Shown here: positions 27,106 through 36,847 of the stretch, in pieces | Numbering within the stretch: the stretch's first letter is position 1 | Layout: each line of letters begins with the position of its first letter | From: Candidatus Zixiibacteriota bacterium | Lineage (GTDB): Bacteria; Zixibacteria; MSB-5A5; GN15; JAAZOE01 | NCBI GenBank assembly: GCA_023138975.1 | Contig: JAGLON010000018.1 | Location: 32,381-96,380, forward strand | Direction: 5' to 3' | DNA length: 64,000 nt | The notes under the pieces: model-generated | What the model was told of the DNA's origin: nothing | The model's database searches: none | Seen by the model: the letters and a program-made list of their open reading frames with translations, nothing else | Position numbers and translations under genes: made by a program

Positions 27106-27583
27106 CTGTATTTCCCTTATATGAAACCGATAATTCAATTGAATAAAGTGAAGAATGCAGGTTCTTTTGTGTTTCTGGTTCTAATATAACCGAGTCATCT
27201 TGTTTTGTAAATATATCTTGAGAAATTTTTATAAAGCTTACTGAAGATCCTTCGCGGTTGATAACTGTACCGTTTCGTACAAAATCTCCTTCTGATAGTT
27301 CATATACAGTTGAATCCTTCAGAGAATAGAAAACCGCTCTGTACGAAGTCGAATCATACAGGACTTTATCACATCTGGCAATCTGGTGTGATAATTCCGT
27401 TAGAAGAAACTCCCGTTCTTCAACTAATACATTTGCTTGTGACCAACTGGCAAGGGTCTTATGAATAAACAGATTTGCCGAGACTAAAACCAGTAACAAT
27501 AACCCTGTAAGGGATAATGCCACGACAAGTTCCATCAGCGTAAAGCCTTTTTGATTATTACTCAGCCGGGATAGCGAATTCAT
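27056..27583 (-). CDS. Minor pseudopilin (prepilin-type N-terminal domain)
   Basis: The leader and mature N-terminus read MNSLSRLSNNQKG|FTLMELVVALSLTGLLLLVLV. Confidence 0.7.
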   Translation of the reverse strand: MNSLSRLSNNQKGFTLMELVVALSLTGLLLLVLVSANLFIHKTLASWSQANVLVEEREFLLTELSHQIARCDKVLYDSTSYRAVFYSLKDSTVYELSEGDFVRNGTVINREGSSVSFIKISQDIFTKQDDSVILEPETQKNLHSSLYSIELSVSYKGNTDVSTKKVRNYIAFSKE

Positions 27584-27923
27584 AATAGAGCCTACATAAT
27601 ATTTTTTCTTTGGAGTGTCTTTTTACTTCCACATTCACTTTCGCAAGATTATCACTGACCGTCACTCTTTTCATCACACTGTATTTCACATTCGACTGAA
27701 TCACTACCAAGTTTTGAGAGATAGTATCATGTGAGACAATAACCATTTCCAGATTGTTTTGAGCAATGCGATTTGCCGTTGAAATCTCATCTACTGAATA
27801 GTTGACCATGAGCTGGCTCAACATGAATATAAGAACTGAAAAACCAAGCATGAAGATAAACGCTCCAACTAGAACTTCAACGATTGTAAATCCTTGCTCG
27901 TTTTTCAAGATTTCGCTATTCAT
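27558..27923 (-). CDS. Minor pseudopilin (GspI/PilV-like size)
   Basis: The leader and mature N-terminus read MNSEILKNEQG|FTIVEVLVGAFIFMLGF. The protein is 121 aa. Confidence 0.7.
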   Translation of the reverse strand: MNSEILKNEQGFTIVEVLVGAFIFMLGFSVLIFMLSQLMVNYSVDEISTANRIAQNNLEMVIVSHDTISQNLVVIQSNVKYSVMKRVTVSDNLAKVNVEVKRHSKEKILCRLYYEFAIPAE

Positions 27924-29301
27924 TAAAACTTCTCGTGAGAATTACTCTATAGTTTGCCGAATCATGATATGTGATAGGAAGGATCGGTGTATAATCCAGA
28001 GCATATCTGTTAATTCTCACATCCTTAAGCCAGTTTATATATGTAGTCGGAGGAATTTCAAACTTGAAGTTGTTGGCAATTACACTCCCGTCAACATTGC
28101 CATGTAAATCGATGTAATCTGAAGAATACACAACGCCGATCACAGTGGCATTAGAGTCTATCTTCAGTACTTCATTATCCCTCTGCCTGAGAGTATCTGA
28201 TGAAATATAGAGAATATTCGCATTGACGGGAATACTTGTAGAGATTCGAATAGAGTAGTCTCCCCTATCCGATAAGGAATTATTGTCTGCTAAAAGAAGA
28301 GATGGATATGCAATTTCGCATAAATCGGTGATATTTAACACGTGTTGAGTTATTGCCTGGGCTGAGAAATATGAATTATCTTTAATGAGAATACTATCTT
28401 CTGCAAATAGTATTCCGCCGGAGTATACTGAACTATCTGATATCCGGATAAACTTCTCAGAGATTATCTCGACCAATCCTTGTATATTGCTTTTTCCTTT
28501 TATTTCTACAAAGCCGCTAACGATAATTGTCAAGGGATCGACATTTCGTCTAATTGAAAAGTCATTAAGCTCCAGATTCCCATGTATCGACAAAACAGTT
28601 TTATCATCAAAATAGCTATCATCAGTTGTTATTTGCATTGAGGTTGACACTTTATGGGCGTTTGGTTCTAAGTTTTGATAAACATAGTGAATATAATCAT
28701 TGATTACTGTAAATTGCTTATATGGAGATGAAATGCTATCGACAATGACTCTTCTGCCTGAATGAAATATTTTGTCAATTATCCCCTTTCCATCTATTTG
28801 TCCTGTTGTCAATTGAATATGAGCCGAATATATATCGCCATTTATGCGAGTTCGTCCAGTGGCAACGATAGGGAATCTACTATCCAGAACCGTTAGTGCG
28901 TTATCTGTAAGACTTCTCTGCAATGCCCCGAGCAATGCATATCTTACTTTTTTTTGACTACCTGAAATGCCTTCTGATCTCAATAGTAAATACCCACCGT
29001 ATGGCCGGGCACTTACAAAGTATTTTCCGACACCTTCAATCTCACTGTGAACAGAATCCTTCATAGTACTTTTAAGATCACGATCATAGGTATTGAGCAA
29101 ATGAACAAATCTATTTATGCCAGATTCTGCTAAATACATCGCTTGAGTGGCATGATGGTTTTTTACATGAACGCCATATCTGGCAATCCCATAGCTAAAC
29201 GCTGAGAGGAACAATATCAGTAGCACTGCAATCATAATCAGTGCCGTTATTAATACCGAACCTTCTTGATTATTTGACAGTTTCATGACATTATTGAACA
29301 A
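27916..29301 (-). CDS. Large pilin-like protein (GspK/PilX-like N-terminus lacking E+5) with beta-helix-like C-terminal region
   Basis: The N-terminus reads KLSNNQEG|SVLITALIMIAVLLILFL. The remaining ~400 aa are rich in short repetitive I/V-x-G/N/D strands. Confidence 0.55.
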   Translation of the reverse strand: MFNNVMKLSNNQEGSVLITALIMIAVLLILFLSAFSYGIARYGVHVKNHHATQAMYLAESGINRFVHLLNTYDRDLKSTMKDSVHSEIEGVGKYFVSARPYGGYLLLRSEGISGSQKKVRYALLGALQRSLTDNALTVLDSRFPIVATGRTRINGDIYSAHIQLTTGQIDGKGIIDKIFHSGRRVIVDSISSPYKQFTVINDYIHYVYQNLEPNAHKVSTSMQITTDDSYFDDKTVLSIHGNLELNDFSIRRNVDPLTIIVSGFVEIKGKSNIQGLVEIISEKFIRISDSSVYSGGILFAEDSILIKDNSYFSAQAITQHVLNITDLCEIAYPSLLLADNNSLSDRGDYSIRISTSIPVNANILYISSDTLRQRDNEVLKIDSNATVIGVVYSSDYIDLHGNVDGSVIANNFKFEIPPTTYINWLKDVRINRYALDYTPILPITYHDSANYRVILTRSFNE

Positions 29302-29776
29302 GCATTAACGTGTCGTGTTCTTTTTCATATTGAAGCACAACATAGGATGGTTTAATGGTAATAAGTTTCCAAAAACTCAATGAATCACCCAGTTCAAGAA
29401 TTGTAGTCGCATCATCTCCTGCAGCCATTAGGGCTTGTGAATGCGGTGGTTGATTTATAAATCCAATAAACCTATGGCCCATACTGGGGCGCGGCGGAAT
29501 CATAGTGGCCTGTGGTCTCTTACTCTTTCTAGTCACAGACGCTTTAACAGGAGTATTTTCTGCTACTTTAATGGCAAAGGGATTAACTTTAGGCGGAATA
29601 TACTTCAAGTCCTGGACTGTGATGGTTTTCTTATTTTCAAAACTTTTTATCTGGTTACTTGGTCTAATCGCATCGTAATCTGCAAGCCAATTCAGATTAG
29701 AACCCCAAACATAAATGAGTAAAACAAACAGCATACCAAGAACCAATCTCTTCCTGCTTTGACTACTCATGGGCAC
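29291..29776 (-). CDS. Bitopic inner-membrane assembly protein (GspC/PilP-like)
   Basis: It has an N-terminal TM segment (LVLGMLFVLLIYVW), a Pro-rich linker, and a small C-terminal beta domain. The call rests mainly on its position in the cluster. Confidence 0.4.
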   Translation of the reverse strand: MPMSSQSRKRLVLGMLFVLLIYVWGSNLNWLADYDAIRPSNQIKSFENKKTITVQDLKYIPPKVNPFAIKVAENTPVKASVTRKSKRPQATMIPPRPSMGHRFIGFINQPPHSQALMAAGDDATTILELGDSLSFWKLITIKPSYVVLQYEKEHDTLMLVQ

Positions 29777-30263
29777 CAGCCTGCATAAGAATTAGCATTC
29801 TAACAATGCTGCCGTCACTGGCATCTGCATTCAGCCCCGCCTTTTGCACATTTACATAATATTTTGTTTCAAACGTATTGAGAAGGTTCATTAATCGTTT
29901 AATCTTACCCGAATACACAACCCGGTACTGGGTATTATTGTTTTTTGGCGATTGACTTGTTTCCAGTTGTGTCAGTTCACAACGATACTTTTCACCCAAA
30001 TCAGTGAAAAGATTAGTATAAAACGGTTTTCGATCTTTGAGAGTCTCAAGGAGTTGTTGTTTATTCTTTAATTGTTCCTGTAGGAGCTCTATCCTCCTAT
30101 CAAGAGAATTTGGATCGTCAGTCAAACTGGATGTAGCTGAAATCACATCATAGTTAATTAGCATCGAATCAATGAATTTGAGATTGATAAAATAACTCAA
30201 AAGCAAAATCACAAGAGAAATTGCAAAGACAGTAAGGTGATATCTGTTTATGTACTGTTTCAT
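29763..30263 (-). CDS. Bitopic coiled-coil assembly protein (GspM/PilO-like)
   Basis: It has an N-terminal TM segment (LTVFAISLVILLLSYFI), then a coiled coil and a small domain. The call rests on size and position. Confidence 0.4.
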   Translation of the reverse strand: MKQYINRYHLTVFAISLVILLLSYFINLKFIDSMLINYDVISATSSLTDDPNSLDRRIELLQEQLKNKQQLLETLKDRKPFYTNLFTDLGEKYRCELTQLETSQSPKNNNTQYRVVYSGKIKRLMNLLNTFETKYYVNVQKAGLNADASDGSIVRMLILMQAGAHE

Positions 30264-31504
30264 TCGCCAACCATCGAAAACTTATACCACGCGGCTTCCT
30301 GCGGATTCCGCTGATTATTTTGCTTACTCATAGACTGAATTTTCATACAGTCATAACCAAAAGCGGAATTGACATACTCCTGGTATCTAAAAATCGCATC
30401 TTCTTTTTCAGCCTTACCCTGAATTGAATAGTAAATCTTCTGTCCATCAACTTTTTCAGTGTATATCTCAGCTAACACTAAATCTTTAGGTTTTCGTTGA
30501 CAGAATTTTGATAGCCCGGCACTTAGCTGATTGGTCTTGATCAAATCTTCTTCATAAACGGATAAATCCTTATCAACAGTTTTAACCTTTTGCTCAAGAG
30601 CGCTGATTTGCATCAGTTTATCTTCGTATTTCATATAAAGCTGTTCAGAATTATCTTTCAGAAGATTTAAGACAAGAGCAGACACGCCAAGACACAAGAC
30701 AAGTATCAGGCATATTGATACTAGTAATTTACAACTCCCAATAGCAGTTGATAGCTGTCTTATATTTGGATGAGTCAGTTCCTTTAAAACAAACTCTTTA
30801 TTTTGCTTTATTAAGATACTTTGAGTAGTGATGAAATTGTTGGATTCAAGTTCAGGAAAGGATTCCAGCCTATCAGTAAGTAACTGTTGTTCATCATGTG
30901 TAAGATTTCCAGTTTTTTCAAAGTAAACAATCTCATTGTTCTTTGTATAACCAAGTAGTATGAATATTTTTCCAATAGATAACTGCCGGCATCGCCCTCT
31001 ATTTTTAACTGATGCATGCTCAGAAAAGATAAATCCAAACAGCGGAAGATATTGAGAGACGAAAACCTTTTCAGCAACAAGTTGTTCACTAATGCTTTTA
31101 GCAAATGACTCATCATATCCATAAACGACATAATAGGAGTTTTCTTTTATGTCATACTTCTGGTACTTCGCCTGTACTTCCTTGCTAAAAAGACTGTTGC
31201 AATCTTTTCTCAAATCATCAAGATTTTGGTTTTCGGCATTACGAATTAGGTTAAAAGCTACCGGCTCAGCTAACAGAACAGTAATTTGCTGTCCACAATA
31301 GAGTTGCTTCTTCTTGATCTCCTGTACGAATTTACTGAGGCTGATGCATGAGTCGCCAGTCAAGTCACCTTCCCGTAAAACGGAGAGCTTACTTTTTCTA
31401 TTGATTGAGAAGAAACAAACATAGTCAAATGATACGACCAGATAATAATCCGTCTCATGAAACGGAGAAAACTCCTGTACAAGATTTTTCACTGGAATAG
31501 CCAC
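30260..31504 (-). CDS. Cytoplasmic domain + TM + periplasmic coiled-coil assembly protein (GspL-like or PilM-PilN fusion-like)
   Basis: 414 aa with a single central TM segment (LLVSICLILVLCLGVSALVL). No canonical actin-fold motifs are recognisable by eye. Confidence 0.4.
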   Translation of the reverse strand: MAIPVKNLVQEFSPFHETDYYLVVSFDYVCFFSINRKSKLSVLREGDLTGDSCISLSKFVQEIKKKQLYCGQQITVLLAEPVAFNLIRNAENQNLDDLRKDCNSLFSKEVQAKYQKYDIKENSYYVVYGYDESFAKSISEQLVAEKVFVSQYLPLFGFIFSEHASVKNRGRCRQLSIGKIFILLGYTKNNEIVYFEKTGNLTHDEQQLLTDRLESFPELESNNFITTQSILIKQNKEFVLKELTHPNIRQLSTAIGSCKLLVSICLILVLCLGVSALVLNLLKDNSEQLYMKYEDKLMQISALEQKVKTVDKDLSVYEEDLIKTNQLSAGLSKFCQRKPKDLVLAEIYTEKVDGQKIYYSIQGKAEKEDAIFRYQEYVNSAFGYDCMKIQSMSKQNNQRNPQEAAWYKFSMVGE

Positions 31505-31507
31505 CGA

Positions 31508-33448
31508 CTAATCCTTCTTAATAATTGAGTCGAGATCTATATTTTGTTCAGAGCCATAATACACATGAGGTGTGATATATATCATGAGTTCTGAAGTGTT
31601 GGTCGTGCTACTTGTACTCCGAAATATCCACCCAATAAGAGGTAGGGAACCCAGTATAGGAAACTTCTTAATTGATTTGCTTTCTGTACTCTGGACAAGC
31701 CCACCAAGAATGATAGTTTCTCCGTTTTTCATTCGCACCGTGGATTCTAAAATACGATGACTAATCGTTGGTGGTACATCAGGATCAAACTTTCCCGAAG
31801 GGGTTGAAAATTCGGGTTTAATATCAACAATCAATTCTCCCGTCTCATTTACATAAGGTGTTACTTCAATCTTCATATTCGCTTCAATTGTCTCAAACCT
31901 TTGAGACGTTTGCGTCGAGCCAGTAGAACTTGTATTAGAGTGTACAGTTTGAGTCTCAAGGAGATAATACTGTGTTGTCCCGACATTAATAGAGGCCGAA
32001 TGCCCACAGAGACTTGCAATTTTCGGTCGAGATCTCACGTTTGCCTTGCCTTCCAATTGCATTATTTGCAATTGTGCGAAGAAATTATCAGACAATGGAC
32101 CAATCTTTGAGATCCCCAACCTATTGCCTAACCAGTCCAATTCATCATTCAGAGTATTACCAGACCCGCTAATAGTGATACTGGGGTAATACGATTCAGC
32201 ATAACTACTATCTGGGCTAAATGAATCATTCATAAGTATATCAAACTTATAACTATCTGTATTCACATAATCAATAACCAGGACATCAAACAGAACCATC
32301 GCCGGAGGGATATCAATTGAATTAAGAAATAACCTCAGCTCATCTATTACTGTTTTTGGTCCCACGGCCACAAAACCATTGTGCTCAATGATAACTTTCA
32401 GGGAAACTTGCTTCGTTAGAAAGGGAGGAACTAATGGTTCGACATCCTTGGCAACAAGGTGCTTCAGAAGGATTAATTCTGAAACAAACATATCCTCGGA
32501 AGTCTTGGCTCCAAAAAAGAATATTCCCTTGTCCTTTTTATATGTGTATTGTGTGTTTCGTAAGAGTGACCCTAACGCTTCATCGAGTGATAAATCTACA
32601 AAATTAGCACTTATACTTCCCTCTATTGTACCCTTGGTAAAAAAACTAGCTCCACATTGATTACCGATTGTGGAAATAACATCTCCCAATGGAGCATTAG
32701 TAACATTGATAGTCACCAAATCTTTATCACATCGTATTGAAAAGCGTGAAGCCTTTCCCCTTCCATTTCCGGATTCCATTTGAGAACTGATGTAATAAAT
32801 ATCTTCTGCCACTCTAAGGATAAAACCGTTAGAGGAAAACAGAACATCGAGACCTTTGTCCAATGGGACATCTATTAGTTTGCCGGAAAGTCGCCCATTT
32901 GTACTACTCTCGATAACAATATTTATTCTGGCTTTTTCTATAAGTTCATCGACAATTCGTTGTAAAGATGCTTGCGATAGGTTATACGAAATCTTTCCCT
33001 TATCAATTTCTATTTCCAGCGGAGGAGGCGGTGGAACAGGCTGGGCTGGCTTATATATTTTTATTATTTCTCCGGTTCGTTCCCAATCCAGATCATACTC
33101 CTTAATAATAAACAGTAAGGCATCATTAAGTGAGACTTGATCAAGCCGTAAAGTAATTATCCCGGTAACAGAAGTGTCAATAAAAACTGATAACTCATAC
33201 GCCCGAACCAATGCTTTCAAGGCATCGTCCAATTGCAACCCAACAAATTCCAATTGCGGAATTATTATCGTGGTATCAAGTATATTGCCGACGAGTCTTG
33301 ATTCCAGGGTATCAACAACATTCCCGCTTGTCATAATTACCTTGTTCGTATCAGCCGGAGTATTATCATTTATCTCATCTTGACACAGAACAAAACCATT
33401 TAGGCAGACAAGTGATAGTATTATGAAACTAAAATAAAATTTATACAT
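31508..33448 (-). CDS. Outer-membrane secretin (GspD/PilQ family)
   Basis: It has a signal peptide. The C-terminal secretin signature reads VRMKNGETIILGGLVQSTESKSIKKFPILGSLPLIGWIFRS...ELMIYITPHV. Confidence 0.85.
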   Translation of the reverse strand: MYKFYFSFIILSLVCLNGFVLCQDEINDNTPADTNKVIMTSGNVVDTLESRLVGNILDTTIIIPQLEFVGLQLDDALKALVRAYELSVFIDTSVTGIITLRLDQVSLNDALLFIIKEYDLDWERTGEIIKIYKPAQPVPPPPPLEIEIDKGKISYNLSQASLQRIVDELIEKARINIVIESSTNGRLSGKLIDVPLDKGLDVLFSSNGFILRVAEDIYYISSQMESGNGRGKASRFSIRCDKDLVTINVTNAPLGDVISTIGNQCGASFFTKGTIEGSISANFVDLSLDEALGSLLRNTQYTYKKDKGIFFFGAKTSEDMFVSELILLKHLVAKDVEPLVPPFLTKQVSLKVIIEHNGFVAVGPKTVIDELRLFLNSIDIPPAMVLFDVLVIDYVNTDSYKFDILMNDSFSPDSSYAESYYPSITISGSGNTLNDELDWLGNRLGISKIGPLSDNFFAQLQIMQLEGKANVRSRPKIASLCGHSASINVGTTQYYLLETQTVHSNTSSTGSTQTSQRFETIEANMKIEVTPYVNETGELIVDIKPEFSTPSGKFDPDVPPTISHRILESTVRMKNGETIILGGLVQSTESKSIKKFPILGSLPLIGWIFRSTSSTTNTSELMIYITPHVYYGSEQNIDLDSIIKKD

Positions 33449-33462
33449 ATCCCTCCGGCATG

Positions 33463-34887
33463 TTAGCTGGCAATTACTTTAAGTATTTCTATGGGGGTAG
33501 TCTCCCCCTCTTTGACTAGCGACAGCCCTGCCTTTTGAAGTGTATAATAACCGTTATTAACGGCATAGCTGAGAATATCAGCCTCTCGACTCCCCTTGGA
33601 GATCATATCTGACAATGTTTCATCGACCGGTAAAAATTCATATATGGCCTTGCGGCCCAAAAATCCGGTGTCCCCACATTTCGTGCAACCTCGGCCGGAG
33701 AAGACTTTTATATCATCTTCGGCTCCAATTTTCCTGGCAGCCGCCTTTTGTTCAATATTCGTAACCTCTTCTTTACAAGATGTACAAATTTTCTGAACAA
33801 GCCTCTGGGCAACTATGAGCTTCAGTGTAGAACCCAATAAGTAACTCTCAGCGCCTAAATCCAACATACGTGTAATCGTGGCAATAGCATTGTTAGTGTG
33901 CAACGTTGATAAAACTAAATGCCCGGTCAAGGATGCTCGAATCGCCTGATCCAGAGTTTCTTTATCTCTAATTTCACCAACCATTATTATATTAGGATCT
34001 TGTCTGAGTATCGCGCGTAGGGCATTTCCAAAGGTCAAGTCAATGTCTGGCCTGATGTGAGTCTGATTGATTCCCTCAAGATTATACTCAATGGGGTCTT
34101 CAATCGTTGTGATATTCACATTAGGTGACCGGAGTTTATTCAACATGGCGTACAAAGTAGTAGTTTTCCCAGAACCGGTCGGACCCGTAACAAGGACCAT
34201 GCCGTTAGCCAGAGCAATTTTCTCCTCAAGGAGTGCCTTATGTGATTGGGGAAGCCCCAATAGGTCCAAATCAAGTCGCAGGCTTTCTTTATCAAGTAGG
34301 CGGAGAACTGCCTTTTCGCCAAAATCTGTCGGCAGAATCGATACTCGGATATCAACGACCTTTGTTCCTGTATTAAACCTGATACGACCATCTTGAGGGC
34401 GCCGTTTCTCAGAGATATCGAGATTCGACATTATTTTGAGTCGGGCGATAATCTCAGCAATAGATTCTTTTGGGATATCTCTATCCAATCGCAATGATCC
34501 ATCAACACGAAATCGACAGGCCATATGTTTTTCAAAAGGCTCAAAATGAATATCTGAAGCCCCGACTGACACAGCTTTATTGATTATCTCATCAATATGC
34601 TTAATTATTGATGGATTATCATTGATCGCATCTTCGGATGGTTGTTGTCCGGTATATTTTGAAATAACTGTTGAACCTAATAAGGTTTGCATCTGCTCAT
34701 CAAACTCTTCTACAGAAAGATACTGTAATGGAATTTGTCTTTTTTCCCTAAATCGTATATAGCTTATTACGGAAAGGTCTGTATTCTTACAGACCAGTAG
34801 CTTTTCAATGGACTCATTATTGAGTTGAGGGCAAATATAATATTTCTCAAGAACCTGCGGATCCCATCCGCCATGAGCTTCCGACAT
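33463..34887 (-). CDS. GspE/PilB-family type IV filament assembly ATPase
   Basis: Walker A is GPTGSGKTTT, Walker B is IIMVGEIRD, and the His box is GHLVLSTLHTN. The tetracysteine motif is CTSC...CTKC. Confidence 0.9.
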   Translation of the reverse strand: MSEAHGGWDPQVLEKYYICPQLNNESIEKLLVCKNTDLSVISYIRFREKRQIPLQYLSVEEFDEQMQTLLGSTVISKYTGQQPSEDAINDNPSIIKHIDEIINKAVSVGASDIHFEPFEKHMACRFRVDGSLRLDRDIPKESIAEIIARLKIMSNLDISEKRRPQDGRIRFNTGTKVVDIRVSILPTDFGEKAVLRLLDKESLRLDLDLLGLPQSHKALLEEKIALANGMVLVTGPTGSGKTTTLYAMLNKLRSPNVNITTIEDPIEYNLEGINQTHIRPDIDLTFGNALRAILRQDPNIIMVGEIRDKETLDQAIRASLTGHLVLSTLHTNNAIATITRMLDLGAESYLLGSTLKLIVAQRLVQKICTSCKEEVTNIEQKAAARKIGAEDDIKVFSGRGCTKCGDTGFLGRKAIYEFLPVDETLSDMISKGSREADILSYAVNNGYYTLQKAGLSLVKEGETTPIEILKVIAS

Positions 34888-34906
34888 GATTACCTCAAAT
34901 GGTGCT

Positions 34907-34934
34907 TTGCAAATGCAATCTTAATATGTATAAT
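34907..34934 (+). promoter_or_regulatory. Near-consensus sigma70 promoter for the platform/peptidase genes in the divergent intergenic region
   Basis: TTGCAA (34907-34912), a 16-nt spacer, then TATAAT (34929-34934), 35 nt upstream of the ATG at 34969. Confidence 0.5.
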
Positions 34935-34968
34935 ATAAATTAATATTCTACAGGGTCAAGAGATTGCA

Positions 34969-36165
34969 ATGCCAAAGTATAGATATATTGGAAAATTAGT
35001 TGATGGACAGAATGTAGAGGGTATGCTAAAAGCAGATTCCCCTGAGGATCTACAAAATATACTCTTAAAAATTGGGGTTTTCCTCACATCTTATACAATT
35101 TCAAAAAGTGTCATCAACCAGTATATTACCAGAAGTCTGCGGAGTAACGATATTACCCGTATGACCCGCCAATTGGCTGCTCTATCCGAGTCCGGTATCA
35201 CATTCAAAGATTCACTGGAATCTGTAAAAGAACAGATTACGGATAAAACGCTAAATGAAATGCTCAATGATATTGCCGCTTCAGTTGATTCCGGTAGATC
35301 AATCGCCGATTCATTTCGACAGTTTCCGGTGTTTTTCGACACCCTTTTTACGTCGATGATTGAAGCCGGAGAAATTTCCGGAACTCTGGATGTATCGCTC
35401 GACCGCATTGCAACTTATCGTGAACGGTCTGACGACACCAATAAGAAAATCCGCTCTGCCCTGTCCTACCCATTATTAGTACTAATGGTCACACTGCTCG
35501 TTGTCTTTGTCCTGGTTATATATATTATTCCAATATTCGCTTCAATGTATGAGAATTTTGGCACCGAGCTGCCTAAATTGACACAATATGTGGTTGCCAT
35601 TAGTGAATGGGCACAGGATAATATTTATGTTTTTCTTATAGCGCTTATCATCGGAGCAGTAGGAATTATTCTTTCTATTTTGAATTCGAGAGTGAGATAT
35701 TTCATCAGTGCCATCCAATTAAGAATACCTTTTGTCGGACGCATTCTAAAAAAAATAATCAACGCTCGCTTTGCAAGAACTCTTGGGACTCTCCTGCAAT
35801 CCGGAGTCCCCACGCTGTTTTCGGTTGAGATTGCGATTAAGACAACCGGAAATGCCTATATTCAACAGAAAATCTCAGATCTGACCATGCTGCTCTCGCA
35901 GGGTAAGTCTTTTACCGATACGATTGGAAATTATCCTGTTTTTTCCAAAACAGTTATTCGCATGGCCGCTGCCGGTGAAAAGACCGGACAACTGGGCAAG
36001 ATGCTCTCAAAAGCAGCAGATTTTTATGAATCCGAAATCGATCACGAAATCGGCACCCTCACGACCCTATTCGAGCCGATGATAATCATATTCCTCGGTG
36101 TTTTTATCGCGTTTATCCTGGTTGCCATGTATTTACCGCTCTTTGATCTCATGAGTACCATGTAA
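34969..36165 (+). CDS. GspF/PilC-family inner-membrane platform protein
   Basis: 398 aa with the typical duplicated T2SSF domains (MIEAGEISGTLD and MAAAGEKTGQLG) and three TM segments. Confidence 0.9.
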   Translation: MPKYRYIGKLVDGQNVEGMLKADSPEDLQNILLKIGVFLTSYTISKSVINQYITRSLRSNDITRMTRQLAALSESGITFKDSLESVKEQITDKTLNEMLNDIAASVDSGRSIADSFRQFPVFFDTLFTSMIEAGEISGTLDVSLDRIATYRERSDDTNKKIRSALSYPLLVLMVTLLVVFVLVIYIIPIFASMYENFGTELPKLTQYVVAISEWAQDNIYVFLIALIIGAVGIILSILNSRVRYFISAIQLRIPFVGRILKKIINARFARTLGTLLQSGVPTLFSVEIAIKTTGNAYIQQKISDLTMLLSQGKSFTDTIGNYPVFSKTVIRMAAAGEKTGQLGKMLSKAADFYESEIDHEIGTLTTLFEPMIIIFLGVFIAFILVAMYLPLFDLMSTM

Positions 36166-36177
36166 AGGCCACAGGCG

Positions 36178-36798
36178 ATGATATACCTGCTGAGCAAGTT
36201 TTCCCTTAATACATGTCAAAAAATACTGGTCTTTAGTCCAAGATATTTTCTGCTTGATTTATTATGGGTTGTTTTAGGCTTCTTGACCTTTTCTTTTATT
36301 CCCAATATAGAAAAGGCAATTGTAACGGGATTGCTATTACTTTTATTCTTTATCGTATGCATTACCGATTTCAATTTCCTGTTGATTCCTGATGTTGTGT
36401 TATTTGGATTTGCCTTAGTCGGAATATTGAATATACTTTTGGGCAATTCAACCTCGGCATTTGATGCCTTTCTTGGAGCTGTTGTTGGATTTAGTCTTTT
36501 CTTTGGAATAGGCTGGCTGGGGAAACTTGCATTCAAGAAAGATGCTCTAGGTGGTGGTGATATCAAACTAGTCGTTGTTTTAGGGCTTTTTATCGGCTGG
36601 CAGGGGATATTTATAATGCTGTTTATTGGATCACTCAGCGCCTTGATTTTGGTTTGTATTATACGCCTAATCAAAAACCAAACCCAACCTCACATTCCAT
36701 TTGGACCGTTTTTGGTATTGGGCAGTATAGTTGCATACATTTGGGGTAATGATCTATTATACTATTTCCTCCAAGCATCCACTTTAATTTTTGTGTGA
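36178..36798 (+). CDS. Minimal A24-family prepilin peptidase (no N-terminal Zn/methyltransferase domain)
   Basis: 206 aa and polytopic. The catalytic Asp contexts are ITDFNFLLIPD and GGGDIKLVVVLG. There are no CxxC pairs at the N-terminus. Confidence 0.8.
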   Translation: MIYLLSKFSLNTCQKILVFSPRYFLLDLLWVVLGFLTFSFIPNIEKAIVTGLLLLLFFIVCITDFNFLLIPDVVLFGFALVGILNILLGNSTSAFDAFLGAVVGFSLFFGIGWLGKLAFKKDALGGGDIKLVVVLGLFIGWQGIFIMLFIGSLSALILVCIIRLIKNQTQPHIPFGPFLVLGSIVAYIWGNDLLYYFLQASTLIFV

Positions 36799-36847
36799 TT
36801 CTGGACAGTAATTTTTAGCCTATCCAAGCTTCCTTGTTAAGATAAAC

